The translations under genes and the position numbers were made by a program. A stretch of DNA of 64,000 nt from the NCBI GenBank assembly GCA_964016885.1, contig OZ024740.1, positions 46,314,001 through 46,378,000 of the forward strand, written 5' to 3'. The first letter of the stretch is position 1, and every line of letters starts with the position of its first letter. Source of the stretch: Eledone cirrhosa. Its lineage: Eukaryota. This document shows, piece by piece, positions 30,533-42,734 of this stretch. The notes beneath the pieces were generated by a model. It was not told the origin of the DNA, did not search any database, and was given only the letters and a program-made list of their open reading frames with translations.

Positions 30533-30720
30533 TAAAGACATTTTTTCCAATTTCAACCCGCCTGTCCCCTCAATCTATCTTATTTCTCATTCTTTCTTCT
30601 GATGAAGGACTAGCGTCCGAAACGTTAAGACCCTCTTACTGCTATATCAAGTGTTAACCTAATATATCCCTTCCATATACTGTACCGATTGTGTTGTTAT
30701 TTCTGTTTACCTTTTACATA
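30533..30720 (+). mobile_element. Penelope-like pseudo-LTR / retrozyme-type repeat carrying a hammerhead (copy 2)
   Basis: Homologous to 16240-16460. Confidence 0.7.
30595..30630 (+). ncRNA. Minimal type I hammerhead ribozyme, identical to the copy at 16363-16398
   Basis: TCTT-CTGATGA-AGGACTAGCGTCC-GAAA-CGTT-AAGA. Confidence 0.8.
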
Positions 30721-30780
30721 TATATATATATATGTGTGTGTCTGTTGTGTGTGTGTACGTGTGTGTGTGTGTGTGTGTGT

Positions 30781-31220
30781 AATTTCTCACCAATTTCTTT
30801 CCTTTAGTTTCTCACCACTAGAGAGAGAGAGAGAGCTGGGCTCTAACACAGTAACAAGACTCATTCATTGGAATTTAGGCAGCATCAAGTAAGGGGTAAA
30901 AACCCTCTTCGGTCACAAATGACCATGGGATTTGCACATAGAAAGTTTCCCTCCAAGTGCAAGGTTGTTTGTGGAAGACCAGCAGTTGCTCATGCATACC
31001 AGCCTCCCCTCTCCACACCACCGATGATGTCCAAGGGACAGGCAATGGCCAATACAGCTTGACACCAGTGATGACGCAACTCATTTCTACAGCTGAGTAA
31101 ACTAGAGCAACGTGAAATAAAGTATCTTACTCAAGGAAACAACGCATCACCCAGTCCAAGAATCGAACTCACAACCTTACGATTGCAAGCCCAATATTAT
31201 AACCACTAAGCCATGCGCAA
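30781..31220 (-). mobile_element. tRNA-derived SINE with Meta/V-like central domain
   Basis: Minus strand has A box TGGCTTAGTGG, B box GAGTTCGATTC and core TTTCCTTGAGTAAGATACTTTA...ACTCAGCTGTAGAAATG. Head shared with 35130-35250 and 52425-52570. Confidence 0.8.
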
Positions 31221-31224
31221 CTAC

Positions 31225-31486
31225 ATAAATATGTCTGCATGTATGTCTATGTGTGTGTGTCTGTGTGCATGTGTGCAAGCAGGTATGGATGTTATTGCAT
31301 GTGAGGGTCTATATGTTTTGATTTATATATGCATATACACATGTTTCTAGATCTATATGTAAGTATATGCAGTTATTACTAAACTTTTGGAATGTTTTAC
31401 ATATTTTTATGGTTCCATTAATGGGCTGTACTTGTTATTTCCTAATCAGCCATGCTGTTTCTGACTGTAAAATCCCAGTTTCTTAA
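31225..31486 (-). mobile_element. 3'-end remnant of the R4/Dong family seen at 23945-25209
   Basis: atgcagttatta...ggaatgttttacatattttta...ccattaatgg..tgtacttg aligns with 24040-24170. Confidence 0.75.
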
Positions 31487-31666
31487 CCCAAAAAGCATTT
31501 AAACTGGCTTTATCCAGCCAGAACTCTCTCACCTCTTTCTATTTAAACTGGCTGTAACCAGCCACTCATACCAACATCAAAATCTCGTAGATTTAATATT
31601 ATGTGAAATAAAGTGTTTACTGCGAAAATATAATAGTAAATATAGAGTAATGTAAATGCAAAAGGG
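31487..31666. mobile_element. piggyBac-like MITE family A (TTAA-flanked)
   Basis: TTAA|CCC..AGCATTTA ... TAAATGC.AAAGGG|TTAA; interior homologous to 48594-48791. Confidence 0.8.
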
Positions 31667-31799
31667 TTAAATTTTGTGCTTTTGCAATTAGTAAATAGCC
31701 GCATTTGTCACATGAGTTTTAACATCAATGGCTAAGATGTCATCTTTTGTCCAGATATATAGTCCAAATGTTGATATTAATAGAGGTACAGCAGACACA

Positions 31800-32040
31800 T
31801 TATGAACCACTGATTTATTACATACTGAAGAACTATGAAGGATATATAATTGGTTCACTGGAGACCAGATACATTAACCTAAACTATAGCTTCTTTGTGG
31901 ACAAATTGATAGTGTATGCCAAAAACATAGATGGTAAGAAGAAAATCAATGACCTTGTTTTGACATTCTTGAAAGATATAGGGATGGAGTTCAGCCAGGA
32001 TAAATGTTCCAACATTATTGTAAAGTGTAGCAAATCTACA
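31800..32040 (+). mobile_element. Degraded RT fragment of an R4/Dong-type element
   Basis: FFVDKLIVYAK...LVLTFLKDIGMEFSQDKC resembles the DDLK.YA...FS.DIGM.FG..KC motif. Confidence 0.65.
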
Positions 32041-33904
32041 AGCCAGTCTGTTATTCAGAATATAGCTGTCACACTAAGGTGAAGACCTTACAACAGGCAC
32101 ATTCTGACATGATGTGGTGACTTGTATCGAGTATTAGGTAGAAGTCTGAACATGATGGATTCTCTCCCTTGTCTTGTCTATTTCTGAATTGATGTTGATT
32201 TTAGTGAAGATTACAGTGGAGTGAAATTGGTCAAGGTGAACTCACTGAAAATGTGAGAGAATTCTGTTCTACTGAACTTATCATCAGTAATTGTACACTA
32301 ATCCAGCTCGTGTTAATGAAGCTATTAATGGTATTGATATTCCAGTGTGTGGTGTACACTAGTTAATTAGGATCAATGAAGTTATTATTCCAGTGTGTAT
32401 CATGTGTAGCAGTAATTTAAACTCCTGTTCTGATGTTAGCAAAGTAGGTCAGTGTGACCACATATGCTGACCTCTGGGCAACACATTGCTTGTGTTCTTT
32501 AGTTTCAAAATTTGGTATCTCCCAGTCTGGAGAAGAGTGTCATTTGCAGTTTATCAGAGATTAACTAGCTTCTACACACATTCTGCTATTGTCTCTCAAA
32601 AAAGAGACATCACCCGGAGTTGCTCTAGCAAGTAGAGAGATGTAGCACCAACCTTCTCAATAAGGGCCTAACAACAATTCTTCCATTGACACTTCAACAA
32701 CTCTCAGTCATCTGCATCTTCTCCTATACAACACAGTTTCCCTGTCACTGCACTTGTACAACACAAACTCACCATAATAGAGTTTCCCACTACCTCTGCT
32801 GGTCCATACTGTCTGACTACAACTTGTCGCTTTTTAAGGGACAAGTGCCTTATTGAACACTATATTCATTTATGAATATTACAATCAAATTTTATATTTA
32901 CAATTCAAAATAGTCATATTTTTTTCCTTTTTGCTGAAGTGAAGTAAAGATGTAAATTCAACCATAATTATTGGTATTTGTCATGTTTATTATCCTCATA
33001 AACAACAAGCTAAACTTCGCTTCAGATGTATGCTAGTCAATTAGGATTAATGAAGCTATTATTGTTGTAGATATTCCAGTGTGTATGATGAACACTAGTC
33101 AAGTGTTTAGAGCTATTGAAGCTATTAATTTTGCAAGTATTCCAATGTGTATGGTGTATATATTATTTTATGTTTGCTTGGGTTGAATAAGAGCAATATG
33201 GAAAATAATGAATAAGAACTTTGAAACTCTGGGAACAGGACAGGTAAATACGATTTTGAAATGTCGACCCAAAGACTCAAGACAATAAATGTATTTCTAT
33301 AAAAGGCTGTGACTATGGATTGCAAACTAATATAACAAAGATATGAGAAATATATTTAAAGAATATTCTTCCTACACTCTTAAGAAATATTGTCAAAGAC
33401 ATGACAACCTCCTTCCTAGTTTTATTGATCTATATGATAAATGCACACAGTACACTCTGTAAAGTAGTTAGTGGTATGAAGGTCATCCAACAGTAGAAAA
33501 TCTACCAAACAAAGAGGGTTGGAAGGAGACATCAGCTGTGTTAAAGACATGACAACATCCCAAGTTGTGTTTCCACAAAGAAATGCACTTGGTAGTGCAC
33601 ATGTAAGTGATATGCAGACTACCCAGTCTCTTAGAACACTCAGCTGAGAGTGGAAATGTAATGTAAGTGAGATGCAGACATCCCAGTCCATCTGAAAGGC
33701 TAGGAAGTCAGTAACTCTGCTTGTGTACTGAATCAGACTTGGGAGGTTCATCCAACCCTAGCTAACAGCGAAAATAGACATTAGATAATAATGATGATGA
33801 ATTGAAAAAATGGGGGGGGGGTAACAGGTAGCTAAGAGATAAGCTAGATGACAGGTATATGCAGCTCAGAGAGAGGTTGAAAAAAAAAGAAACTTTGCCA
33901 ATGT

Positions 33905-34810
33905 CTTAAGATTTGAGGATCAAAACTAAAGTGCTAGTAAATAGGAATGAAGATAAGACCCTGATACCTTCAGGGAAATGGCCCTGCTCAATATGTAGAA
34001 AAGGAGTAGGCATAAACTTTATATGATGTATACAATGTAAACCTTGGATACACAAGAGATGTAGTGGGATAACAAGTAAACTAACAGAAAGGGAAGACAT
34101 TGTATGTAGAAAATACACAGGGGTAATTGATAGGAAGAGTGTCAGTAATACAAACCTTTACCAATCACATGAAAGATCCATAGAAGTGGCTAATAGTTTC
34201 TGCTATCTAGATGACCTAATTAGCAATGGAGGAGGGTGCTCCAAGAGCATTATAGCTAGAATAAGGATAGGATAGAAGAAGTTTAGAGAGATACCCATGC
34301 TGTTGACAAAAATTTTTTTTCCCCACTCACAAGATGAATGTATGACATCTGTGTGCAAAGTACAATGCTGTATGATAGTGAAACATGGACAGTGACTGCA
34401 GAGGACATGCATAGGCAGGAGAGAAATGAAGCAACTATGCTTAGTTGGATGTGCAATATAAATGTGAGAGAAAGGCAGAGCTTGGATTATTTGAGGGAGA
34501 AACAGGGTTTAAGAGGAACCCAGAGTGGAGTGCAAGAAAGAAGACTACATTGATTTGGACATGTTATATGTATGGATGATGATTGCTGGGTGAAGAAGTG
34601 CCAGGAAATGCCAGTGGAAGGAAGCTGCAGCAGAGGTAGATGAAGGAAGTCCTGCGCAGAGGTGGTGAAAGCTGATCTCAAATTGCTTATACTCACAAAG
34701 GAAATGATGAAGAAATGTAGTGAGTGAAGAGATGCTGTGTTGAAAAGGACCCATCAAACCCATGCGAGCATGGAAAAATGGATGTTAAAATGATGAAGAT
34801 GATGATAATG
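33905..34810 (+). mobile_element. Degraded older RTE LINE 3' portion with short 3' end
   Basis: GKWPCSICRKGVG, HKRCSGI, MLYDSETW, QERRLH; tail cccatgcgagcatggaaaaatggatgttaaaatgatg. Confidence 0.85.
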
Positions 34811-34814
34811 ATCA

Positions 34815-35022
34815 TGATCATCATCATGATCGTCATTTTACGTCTGCGTATTCCTGCTTGCAAGGGTGGGACGGGTCCTATTCAGCACACCATCTCTCTA
34901 TTTGTCACGCTCCATCGTCATCTCCTTCGTGAGCTTCAGCGATCTGAGGTCTGCTCTCACCACTTCCGCCCATGTTTTTTGTGGTCTTCCTCTACTGCGT
35001 CTTCCTTCTACTGGGATTTCTT
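34815..35022 (-). mobile_element. RTE LINE 3' fragment, tail-to-tail with the preceding copy
   Basis: EIPVEGRRSRGRPQKTWAEVVRADLRSL followed by the RTE tail. Confidence 0.8.
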
Positions 35023-35059
35023 GATATATATATATATTGTTATACTTTGGGAGGGTCAT

Positions 35060-35249
35060 GCTGCCAATGAAAAACACACACACCTGTTGGATTTCACTTT
35101 GCAGTGGAATGATAGGGACCCAGTCCTATCATCTCATTTCTACAGCTGAGTAAACTGGAGCAATGTGAAATAAAGTGTCTTGCTCAAGGAAACAACACAT
35201 CACCTGGTCTGAGAATTGAACTCACAACCTTTTGATTGCAAGGCCAATA

Positions 35250-35250
<1 letters not shown>
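35060..35250 (-). mobile_element. Partial tRNA-derived SINE (family of 52225-52570)
   Basis: cagtggaatgatagggacc...tcatttctacagctgagtaaactggagcaatgtgaaataaagtgtcttgctcaagg is near-identical to 52395-52545. Confidence 0.8.
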
Positions 35251-35295
<45 letters not shown>

Positions 35296-35434
35296 CATGG
35301 AAAATGGACGTTAAACGAAGATGATGATGATGATGATATATATATATATATCCCTTGCAAGCAGGGAAGAGCGGATGTAAAATGATGATGATGATGATGA
35401 TATATATATATATATATATTTGTAATTTATTAGA

Positions 35435-35943
35435 TAATAAGAGAGGTATCATTTCAATATTCCATAGATTGAACCTGCAACAGGAGAGCCAATTAAAAGG
35501 TGTCATCAAATGATTTCTATTCTTACCAACTGATGTTAAGACCAGAACAATCAAATCAATTATACATGTATTGAGATCTATTTCATCAATACCTGGTTGA
35601 TATGTATGCTAAAGATGAGAGTGAGCATCTCCTCTACATTCCTAACAACCAAAAAAAGTGAAGGGCTGAAAATTATATTCATCTCCAAGATGCTCTGAGG
35701 ACAAATGGTGATATTACAAACATGGGGCAACCTCTAATCTTTCCATCATCATTTAAAGGTGGTCCTCGATACATGCACAAATGAACACAAGGTGCTATGA
35801 CATATGTCAGGACATATGGAAAACCAGATCTTTTTGTCACTTTCACCTGCAATCCTAAATGGGAGGGAATAAAATCTAACCTTCTTCCAGGTCAGAACCC
35901 CGTCATCGACATGATATTACTACAAGAGTGTTTTGTCAAAAAG
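35435..35943 (+). mobile_element. Helitron Rep (Helitron_like_N) pseudogene fragment
   Basis: Translation with stops: LFHQYLVDMYAKDESE.L.YI..NQK..RAENYIHLQDA...G..LIFPSSFKGGPRYM....Q.AMTYVRTYGKPDLFVTFTCNPKW..I...LLPGQ...RHD...RVF. Confidence 0.92.
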
Positions 35944-36860
35944 CTCTAGCCTCCTTCCGGCTGTAGTTATGCCACCCTCTCTAGCCTCCTTCCGGCTGTA
36001 GTTATGCCACCCTTTCTAGCCTCCCTCCGCCCGTAGTTATGCCACCCTCTCTAGCCTCCTTCCGGCTGTAGTTATGCCACCCTCTCTAGCCTCCCTCCGG
36101 CTGTAGTTATGCCACCCTCTCTAGTCTCCCTCCGGCTGTAGTTATGCCACCCTCTCTAGCCTCCTTCCGGCTGTAGTTATGCCACCCTCTCTAGCCTCCT
36201 TCCGGCTGTAGTTATGCCACCCTCTCTAGTCTCCCTCCGGCTGTAGTTATGCCACCCTCTCTAGCCTCCTTCCGGCTGTAGTTATGCCACCCTCTCTAGC
36301 CTCCTTCCGGCTGTAGTTATGCCACCCTCTCTAGCTTCCTTCCGGCTGTAGTTATGCCACCCTTTCTAGCCTCCCTCCGCCCGTAGTTATGCCACCCTCT
36401 CTAGCCTCCTTCCGGCTGTAGTTATGCCACCCTCTCTAGCCTCCCTCCGGCTGTAGTTATGCCACCCTCTCTAGCCTCCCTCCGGCTGTAGTTATGCCAC
36501 CCTCTCTAGCCTCCCTCCTCCCGTACTTATGCCACCCTTTCTAGCCTCCCTCCGCCCGTAGTTATGTCACCCTCTCTAGCCTCCCTCCTCCCGTACTTAT
36601 GCCACCCTCTCTAGCCTCCCGTACTTATGCCACCCTCTCTAGCCTCCCTCCTCCCGTACTTATGCCACCCTCTCTAGCCTCCCTCCTCCCGTACTTATGC
36701 CACCCTTTCAAGCTTCCCTCTGCCCGTACTTATGCCACCCTCTCTAGCCTCCCTCCTCCCGTACTTATGCCACCTTCTCTAGCCTCCCTCCTCCCGTACT
36801 TATGCCACCCTTTCAAGCTTCCCTCTGCCCATACTTATGCCACCCTCTCTAGCCTCCTTC
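35944..36860. repeat. 35-bp minisatellite (~26 copies, CTCTAGCCTCCYTCCGGCTGTAGTTATGCCACCCT)
   Basis: Direct periodicity (35944 to 35979). Variant switches to ctcctcccgtacttatg after ~36510. Confidence 0.97.
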
Positions 36861-37084
36861 CACCAGTCTCACCATTGCCATATTTTACCATCCTATGTTC
36901 CCAGTGCCATAATGTCCCTTAACAGAATCTTAAGATGATGAGGATGATGTTGTGGATGATGACAAATATGATGGTGATGATGATGATTTTAATGATTTTG
37001 ATGACAAGCCTAGTTTTTTACACCACCCCCTTCCCCCCTTTCACACACTCATACATTCACACACACCCACATATATACTCACAC

Positions 37085-37228
37085 AGAGCTTTGTGCAAAA
37101 GTTGAAACACTGATATTTTTTCCCCACTGTAGAATTTTCACCATCCCCCTTCCTTCATTATAACTCATTCATCTCACGGGGTGGACTGACACATGGACGG
37201 ACACGATTCAACTTTTATTTATATAGAT
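37085..37228 (-). mobile_element. Possible 5' terminus of a non-autonomous Helitron
   Basis: Minus strand A|TCTATATAATAAAAGTTGAATCGTGTCCGTCCATGTGTC resembles the TC-start, (GTCC)-containing 5' ends of invertebrate Helitrons. No matching 3' end seen. Confidence 0.4.
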
Positions 37229-37414
37229 TATATTTCAGTTTTTATTACTGCCTAACAATTTTTTTTTTTTGCCAGAATTTACCATATATATTTGTCTATA
37301 AATTACCTCTTTACACAATCAGTATTTGATTTACATACAAGATTTTGTCATGCCTGTAGATAAATCACATGCTGGTTTTTACCTTGTGTGTGTGGAAAAG
37401 GTGTGACTTATATA

Positions 37415-37620
37415 CTTTGTGTTGGTGTCATGATAAAATGCACCCAGTACACTCTGTACAGTAGTTGGTAAAGAGCACCAAATCATAGAAACCATATCAA
37501 AACTGGAACATAGTCCTCAACTCATCTAGGAAGACAGTAACTCCATTTAAGTACTGACTTGGTCTCTAACGACCTGTCTAACCCATACCAGCATGGGAAA
37601 GTGGATGTAAAATGATGTAT
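37415..37620 (+). mobile_element. SINE 3' half with RTE-type tail
   Basis: gataaaatgcacccagtacactctgta... and acccataccagcatgggaaagtggatgtaaaatgatg. Confidence 0.6.
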
Positions 37621-38248
37621 GTATCTAGCAAATGTGGATTTTTGTTGTTATTGGTGGTGAGAATTGATATTTGTCCATTGTTCGGTGGTTTATGTTCATT
37701 GTGGCATGACAGTAGTAGTAATGTTGTTGGTTGGATGGGTGATTATATAATCACTGTGTGTAATGTTGTTGAATGAACAAATAAAACATGATCGCTACTT
37801 AAATAAATTTATTAATTTAATAACCTGCAACAAGGCTATTGCTGACAATGTAAAAAGAACAAGATTTAAGTTGTTGTGGTGTGTGCAATGATTCAAAAGA
37901 TGGTATTTTCTCTACTTCTGTAATGATAGTCATTTGCCTGGCAGCGAAAAAGACTAAGAGAGACCCAAAGGGTCTGTATGAGACAGTGGACTACATCTTA
38001 ACTGCTTGGAATTAACTCTGCAACTCTTTTCTTTGATTTTGGGAGCTGGCTATTAATCACTAACGCTCATTCTGACAATGGCCGTTTGCTATGTCAAAAT
38101 CTCAGGCATATTGACGACTAAAAACTGATTCACTATGGAAACTTATCTATAAGACTACCAACGGTCATGTTATATGTGGTCGATTGATAGCATAAAAGAA
38201 ACTCTATTGAATATAGTATCAAATTACTGCATTATATATAGCATTAAT

Positions 38249-38364
38249 GATCTGAGTTCAAATCCCGTCGAGGTTAACTTTGCCTTTCATCCTTATGGGG
38301 TCGATAAATAAAGTACCAGTAATACACTGGGATAATTGCTGGCCTTATGCCAAAAGTAGAAACA
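38249..38364 (+). mobile_element. 5'-truncated tRNA-derived Deu/Nin-domain SINE with 18-bp TSD
   Basis: B box GAGTTCAAATCC; core GCCTTTCATCCTTATGGGGTCGATAAA...AGTACCAG; TSD ATTATATATAGCATTAAT at 38231-38248 and 38365-38382. Confidence 0.85.
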
Positions 38365-38495
38365 ATTATATATAGCATTAATACATCTATAAATATATAG
38401 GCATATTATACACAGGCATATTATCACCATTTCATAAATTGCGATGTTGGAAAATGTTATTTTATTTCTTAACGTAATTTATTAAATCATATAAT

Positions 38496-38679
38496 TGTTT
38501 CTACTTTAGGCACAAGGCCAGCAATTACCCAGTGCATTACTGGTACTTTATTTTATCGACCCCGTAAGGATGAAAGGCAAAATCAACCTCGGCGGGATTT
38601 GAACTCAGATCGTAAAGGGACGTAACTATGCTGGAAAGCATGGCGTCCGACCTTCTACCGATACTGCCAATCCACCGCC
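38496..38679 (-). mobile_element. Full-length tRNA-derived Deu/Nin-domain SINE with 16-bp TSD
   Basis: A box TGGCAGTATCGG, B box GAGTTCAAATCC, Nin core; TSD TATTAAATCATATAAT at 38480-38495 and 38680-38695. Confidence 0.88.
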
Positions 38680-39042
38680 TATTAAATCATATAATGTTTT
38701 TAATTTACAAAAGAAAAAAAAAAAATCAATATAAATACGTCAGAAAAAAAAAGCAGGGAATGTCTACTAAAAAATGTCATAAGCAAACCAACTAGCTAGG
38801 GCGCTGGAATAGCTAAACACCCTCCAGTAAGATGAGACTCCAACAAAGACAGGAACTTTGTAGTCGGCGGTCCAACTCACTCAAATTTCTTGAATGCCAG
38901 AAACTGAAAAATGCAATTTATCGATAAATCAAGGATATTTAGTAGGGTAGCTTTTAGTTCTAAGTTTAAATGTCCCGTGGTTTTACTGTGTTTCATCATC
39001 CCGGGGTCCGATAATGAGTTAAATAAAATGTACAGAACAGAG

Positions 39043-39250
39043 TTTAGGATTGGCGGTATCGGTATCGGTAGGGTGTCGGACAACATGCTTAATGACATAG
39101 AGTTACGTCCCTTCACTTTCTGAGTTCAATTCCTGCCTTTCATTCTTACAGGGTCAATAAGACAAAGTACCAGTAATGCACTTAGGTTGATTTAATCGAC
39201 TTTCCCCTTCTCCAAAATAGTTGACCTTGTGCCTAAATCAGAAACTAATA
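39043..39250 (+). mobile_element. Third copy of the Deu/Nin-domain SINE
   Basis: ggattggcggtatcgg...gttacgtccctt...ctgagttcaattcc...gcctttcatt...gtaccagtaatgcac...ccttgtgcctaaa. Confidence 0.8.
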
Positions 39251-39739
39251 TAATGATTTTTTTCTCTCCCTTTAAAATTCAGGTCGCGTTGCCATACAAG
39301 CCAATATTTGTTTTCAATTTTGTGAGATTTTATATGAAAATAATAATAAAATAATTTACCAACATAAAACTAAAAGTCGCTATATTTTAATATTTTACTT
39401 TTCTGTAGAGAATATTTCCTTTATTTTTGTCTTTAATAAAGAATCAAATTTAAATGATGCTACCATGTCCTCCCACAAATTGTAGTAATAAGAATCAAAA
39501 GGCGCGCGTCCAAGTTTAAAATCACTTTTCAAAACGAGGTTCGTAATTAGTCCAGTCTGTTTGGATTGTGTCCTTACGCTGCAAATATAGTACTATAAAC
39601 ATCTTCTGAACACTCATACTAAATAAGGTTTTAACGATCTCTTAAGTTATCCAAGAAATATTCAAAAGATATGGTAACTAAAGAAACATAGTAAATATAC
39701 GCTTAAAGGGTTGTTTTTATCAAGTATACAAGAATTTAC

Positions 39740-39847
39740 GATTACTGCGCATTGCTTTTTTTTTGCACATCAACAACATGGCGGGAGAATTTTTATTTTA
39801 ACTTTGTTGAGATCCACATACCGAGATATTTCACACAAGACAATCAG
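39740..39847 (+). promoter_or_regulatory. Probable promoter and non-coding first exon of the Pcl gene
   Basis: NRF1-like TGCGCATTGC (39746), YY1-type AACATGGCGG (39775-39784) and splice donor CAG|GTAAAC at 39847/39848, within a locally CpG-retaining region. The first coding exon has an acceptor upstream of its ATG, which implies an upstream exon. Confidence 0.55.
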
Positions 39848-40702
39848 GTAAACATTAATTTTTCATTGACATTTTATGGTTGATAGTTTTTTTTTAATGC
39901 CGTGTTATTGTTTCTCGGTTAAATATCGATCCTAACGTGTTACAGTTGTTGTCGACTGATTTAGACTTCAGAGGTGACACGATTCCTTCGTACTTCGACT
40001 CATATCATTCCGTCATTTTACTACGATTGTTCTGGGATTTAACATTCACTATCTCCAAATATTTTCTCTAAAGAAATAATGGATGATTTTTATTCCGGTA
40101 CTTTTGCTTTGGTATTCAAATCTGTTGATATTTTGTCATTTCCAGTCGCAATCTTCGATGATTCAATGTATTCTCCGTCGTAAAATGAAGGTGTACTGTG
40201 GCAGCACCCACATTCCCTGATCACTATTTTGTCATCATTTTATGTAAGCCATCTGTTCTTATCAGTTAAAATATAACAAAATAATATTTATTAATAATTC
40301 ATAATATTCGAGTCTTGTTATTTTGGTAAATCTCATAACATCTAGGATATAAACAAACTATATTGTATATATATATGTATATAAATATATTTATATAATA
40401 GTCATAAATTTATTTAATACCGACTGTTTGTAAACATTGACTATATATCTCAAAATTGGATAGTATATTTATTTAGATATTTCCTCATTAGGCCAGTATT
40501 TAGCGACATTAAATTCATCGATCACATTTTCCCCGCTCCAGTATTCCAGATCGTTTACTTATAAAATAGGAATACTTTCCACTATTTCATATTCCGTCAT
40601 CTAATTACACCATTGACAAATACCTATGTATATATACACAATATTGCGTATTGAGCTTTCAATGAACAAACCCATATCTGCTTATACCCTCTCTTTTTCT
40701 AA

Positions 40703-40762
<60 letters not shown>

Positions 40763-42734
40763 ACATGATATATAAATGTTTGTGTGTGTATATATATATA
40801 TCTTAATGCTGAGTGGGTGGATTCTTATATATATATATTGACATGTATTGCGACTGTTAGAATTTCGAGGTTTGTCGTTCATTCATACAAATCACTGTAA
40901 CCTATGTGTTTTCGTACGTCTTCAATATTTTCCGCATTTTGTAGTTGATGTATTAAATTGCGTTGTAGAAATAAAAACGATCGGTTCTTTTGCTTCTACA
41001 ATCAGTGTGTATATAGCAACTGTCACCAATGCAAACGAACGGTTATACACCCTTGCATATAAATGTGTGTGTGTATATATATATATGATGTGTGTGTATT
41101 TTGTCCCTAAAAGTTTTTAAAACCTTCAAGTTATGTTTTTAAAAAAAACAGCAGGCATTTGTTCAACTATTTATATTCGTGCCTTGTTTTAAATATTTTC
41201 ATCATAAAAAAAAAAGAATTAAAAAATATATTTTGTCGACATAAGACCTTGATAAAAGGGAGGTTCCTTTCCGTTGTATTCATACCGCTTTCTTAAAACT
41301 TTAACGGTTGAAGTGAAATAAAGCTTTTTTTCTTTTCATTTTTGCTCATATTTTCATAGATTTTTTTTTTTTCAAACTAATAAATGTAGGCTTTATTAAA
41401 AGTTGCAATCACTGAAACTTCGAATTCACAGCCACTTTTATCTTCAGGAAATATATCTAACACACTGTTCACACATATTGAGTGCTCATTCAGTTAATGT
41501 TTGAAGGTTTTATTTACATGCATTCATATTTAAAACACCTACTTCAATATATTTACTTAATAGGTATTTCCATTTTGTTTTATCTCTCATTTGTTGATGT
41601 GTTTATTTATACATGTGTCTCGATAGTTGGGTACTTATAATAGCGAGCATGCTGTAAAGTATAACGTCTAGTTGACATTATATTACAACTATCGTAAACT
41701 GATAAATATAAACACTTGTTGCTGCATCATTTTATTCATTATGAACTGTTTCTATCTTACTTCGGAAACCTGGATACACACAAGTTTCCACTGTTTGGGA
41801 GAATTCGTTCAGAATTACGTATTAAAGGAGATATTATTACAGAGTGAAGTGACACGAGGGCTGACATTAGGGGTAGGGCACTCCCAGAAAATGTGAGCTG
41901 GAAGCTTTTAAATAATAAAATCCAACATCATGTAGTTTACACAACATAGGCTAACATTCAACTTAATAAAAGATTGTATTGAATTATCTGAGACTGTAAT
42001 TAATTGAATCTATTAAAAAATACATATTATTTTAAAGCCACGGGATAACCCGCCAATTTGAATTTCGTTTCTTAGAATTGTCACACTTTTAAAACTCTTT
42101 TGTGACCGTATTTCTAATGAATACTCTTGTTTCCATTAATCAATGAAGAATTTTGAAGGAGTAACTAAAATAATTATTTCATTACTGGGATAGAAACTTA
42201 ACATATGGTTCTTACAAATATTATGTTGGAAGATTTTAATTTAAATAAGGAAACTTAAAATGGTTTTGATTCAAAGAATAAGAACCGGTTTTGACTGGGT
42301 TGATAGGGGATTGACACTCGCCAGTGCAGAATGTGGCCGTGTTTATGTGTTTAAGCGTATCGTTACTATATTTCTAATAAAAATAATTTTTTTTTTGGGG
42401 GGGGGGGGGGTTAGTAAATTAATGAACTTACAGTGAGGTGGTGTTTTGGAACATGAGTTAATAAAATTTAAATGAAATTATGACGGAAGGTATGTAGATA
42501 AATATAACTCTTTAAAATAAACAACCTTGCATAATAGAACCAGGGGCCGTTTTATATCAAAAGGATTGAAGAAATGTTGTTAAACCTAGTACGTAATATT
42601 TGCTTTAGATTTGAATTTTAACTTATAACAGTCAGAAAATAATTTACAATGAATCACCTTTAGTGGTGAGTCATTGTCTGAGAGATGGTTCCTATCATTT
42701 CAATTAAAACCTTCGAAGAGATTTCGTCTCAATA

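Noticed and set aside
31140-31220. tRNA genes at SINE heads (also 38600-38679 and 52490-52570)
   Set aside because: A/B boxes are present, but there is no complete cloverleaf and each continues into a SINE core.
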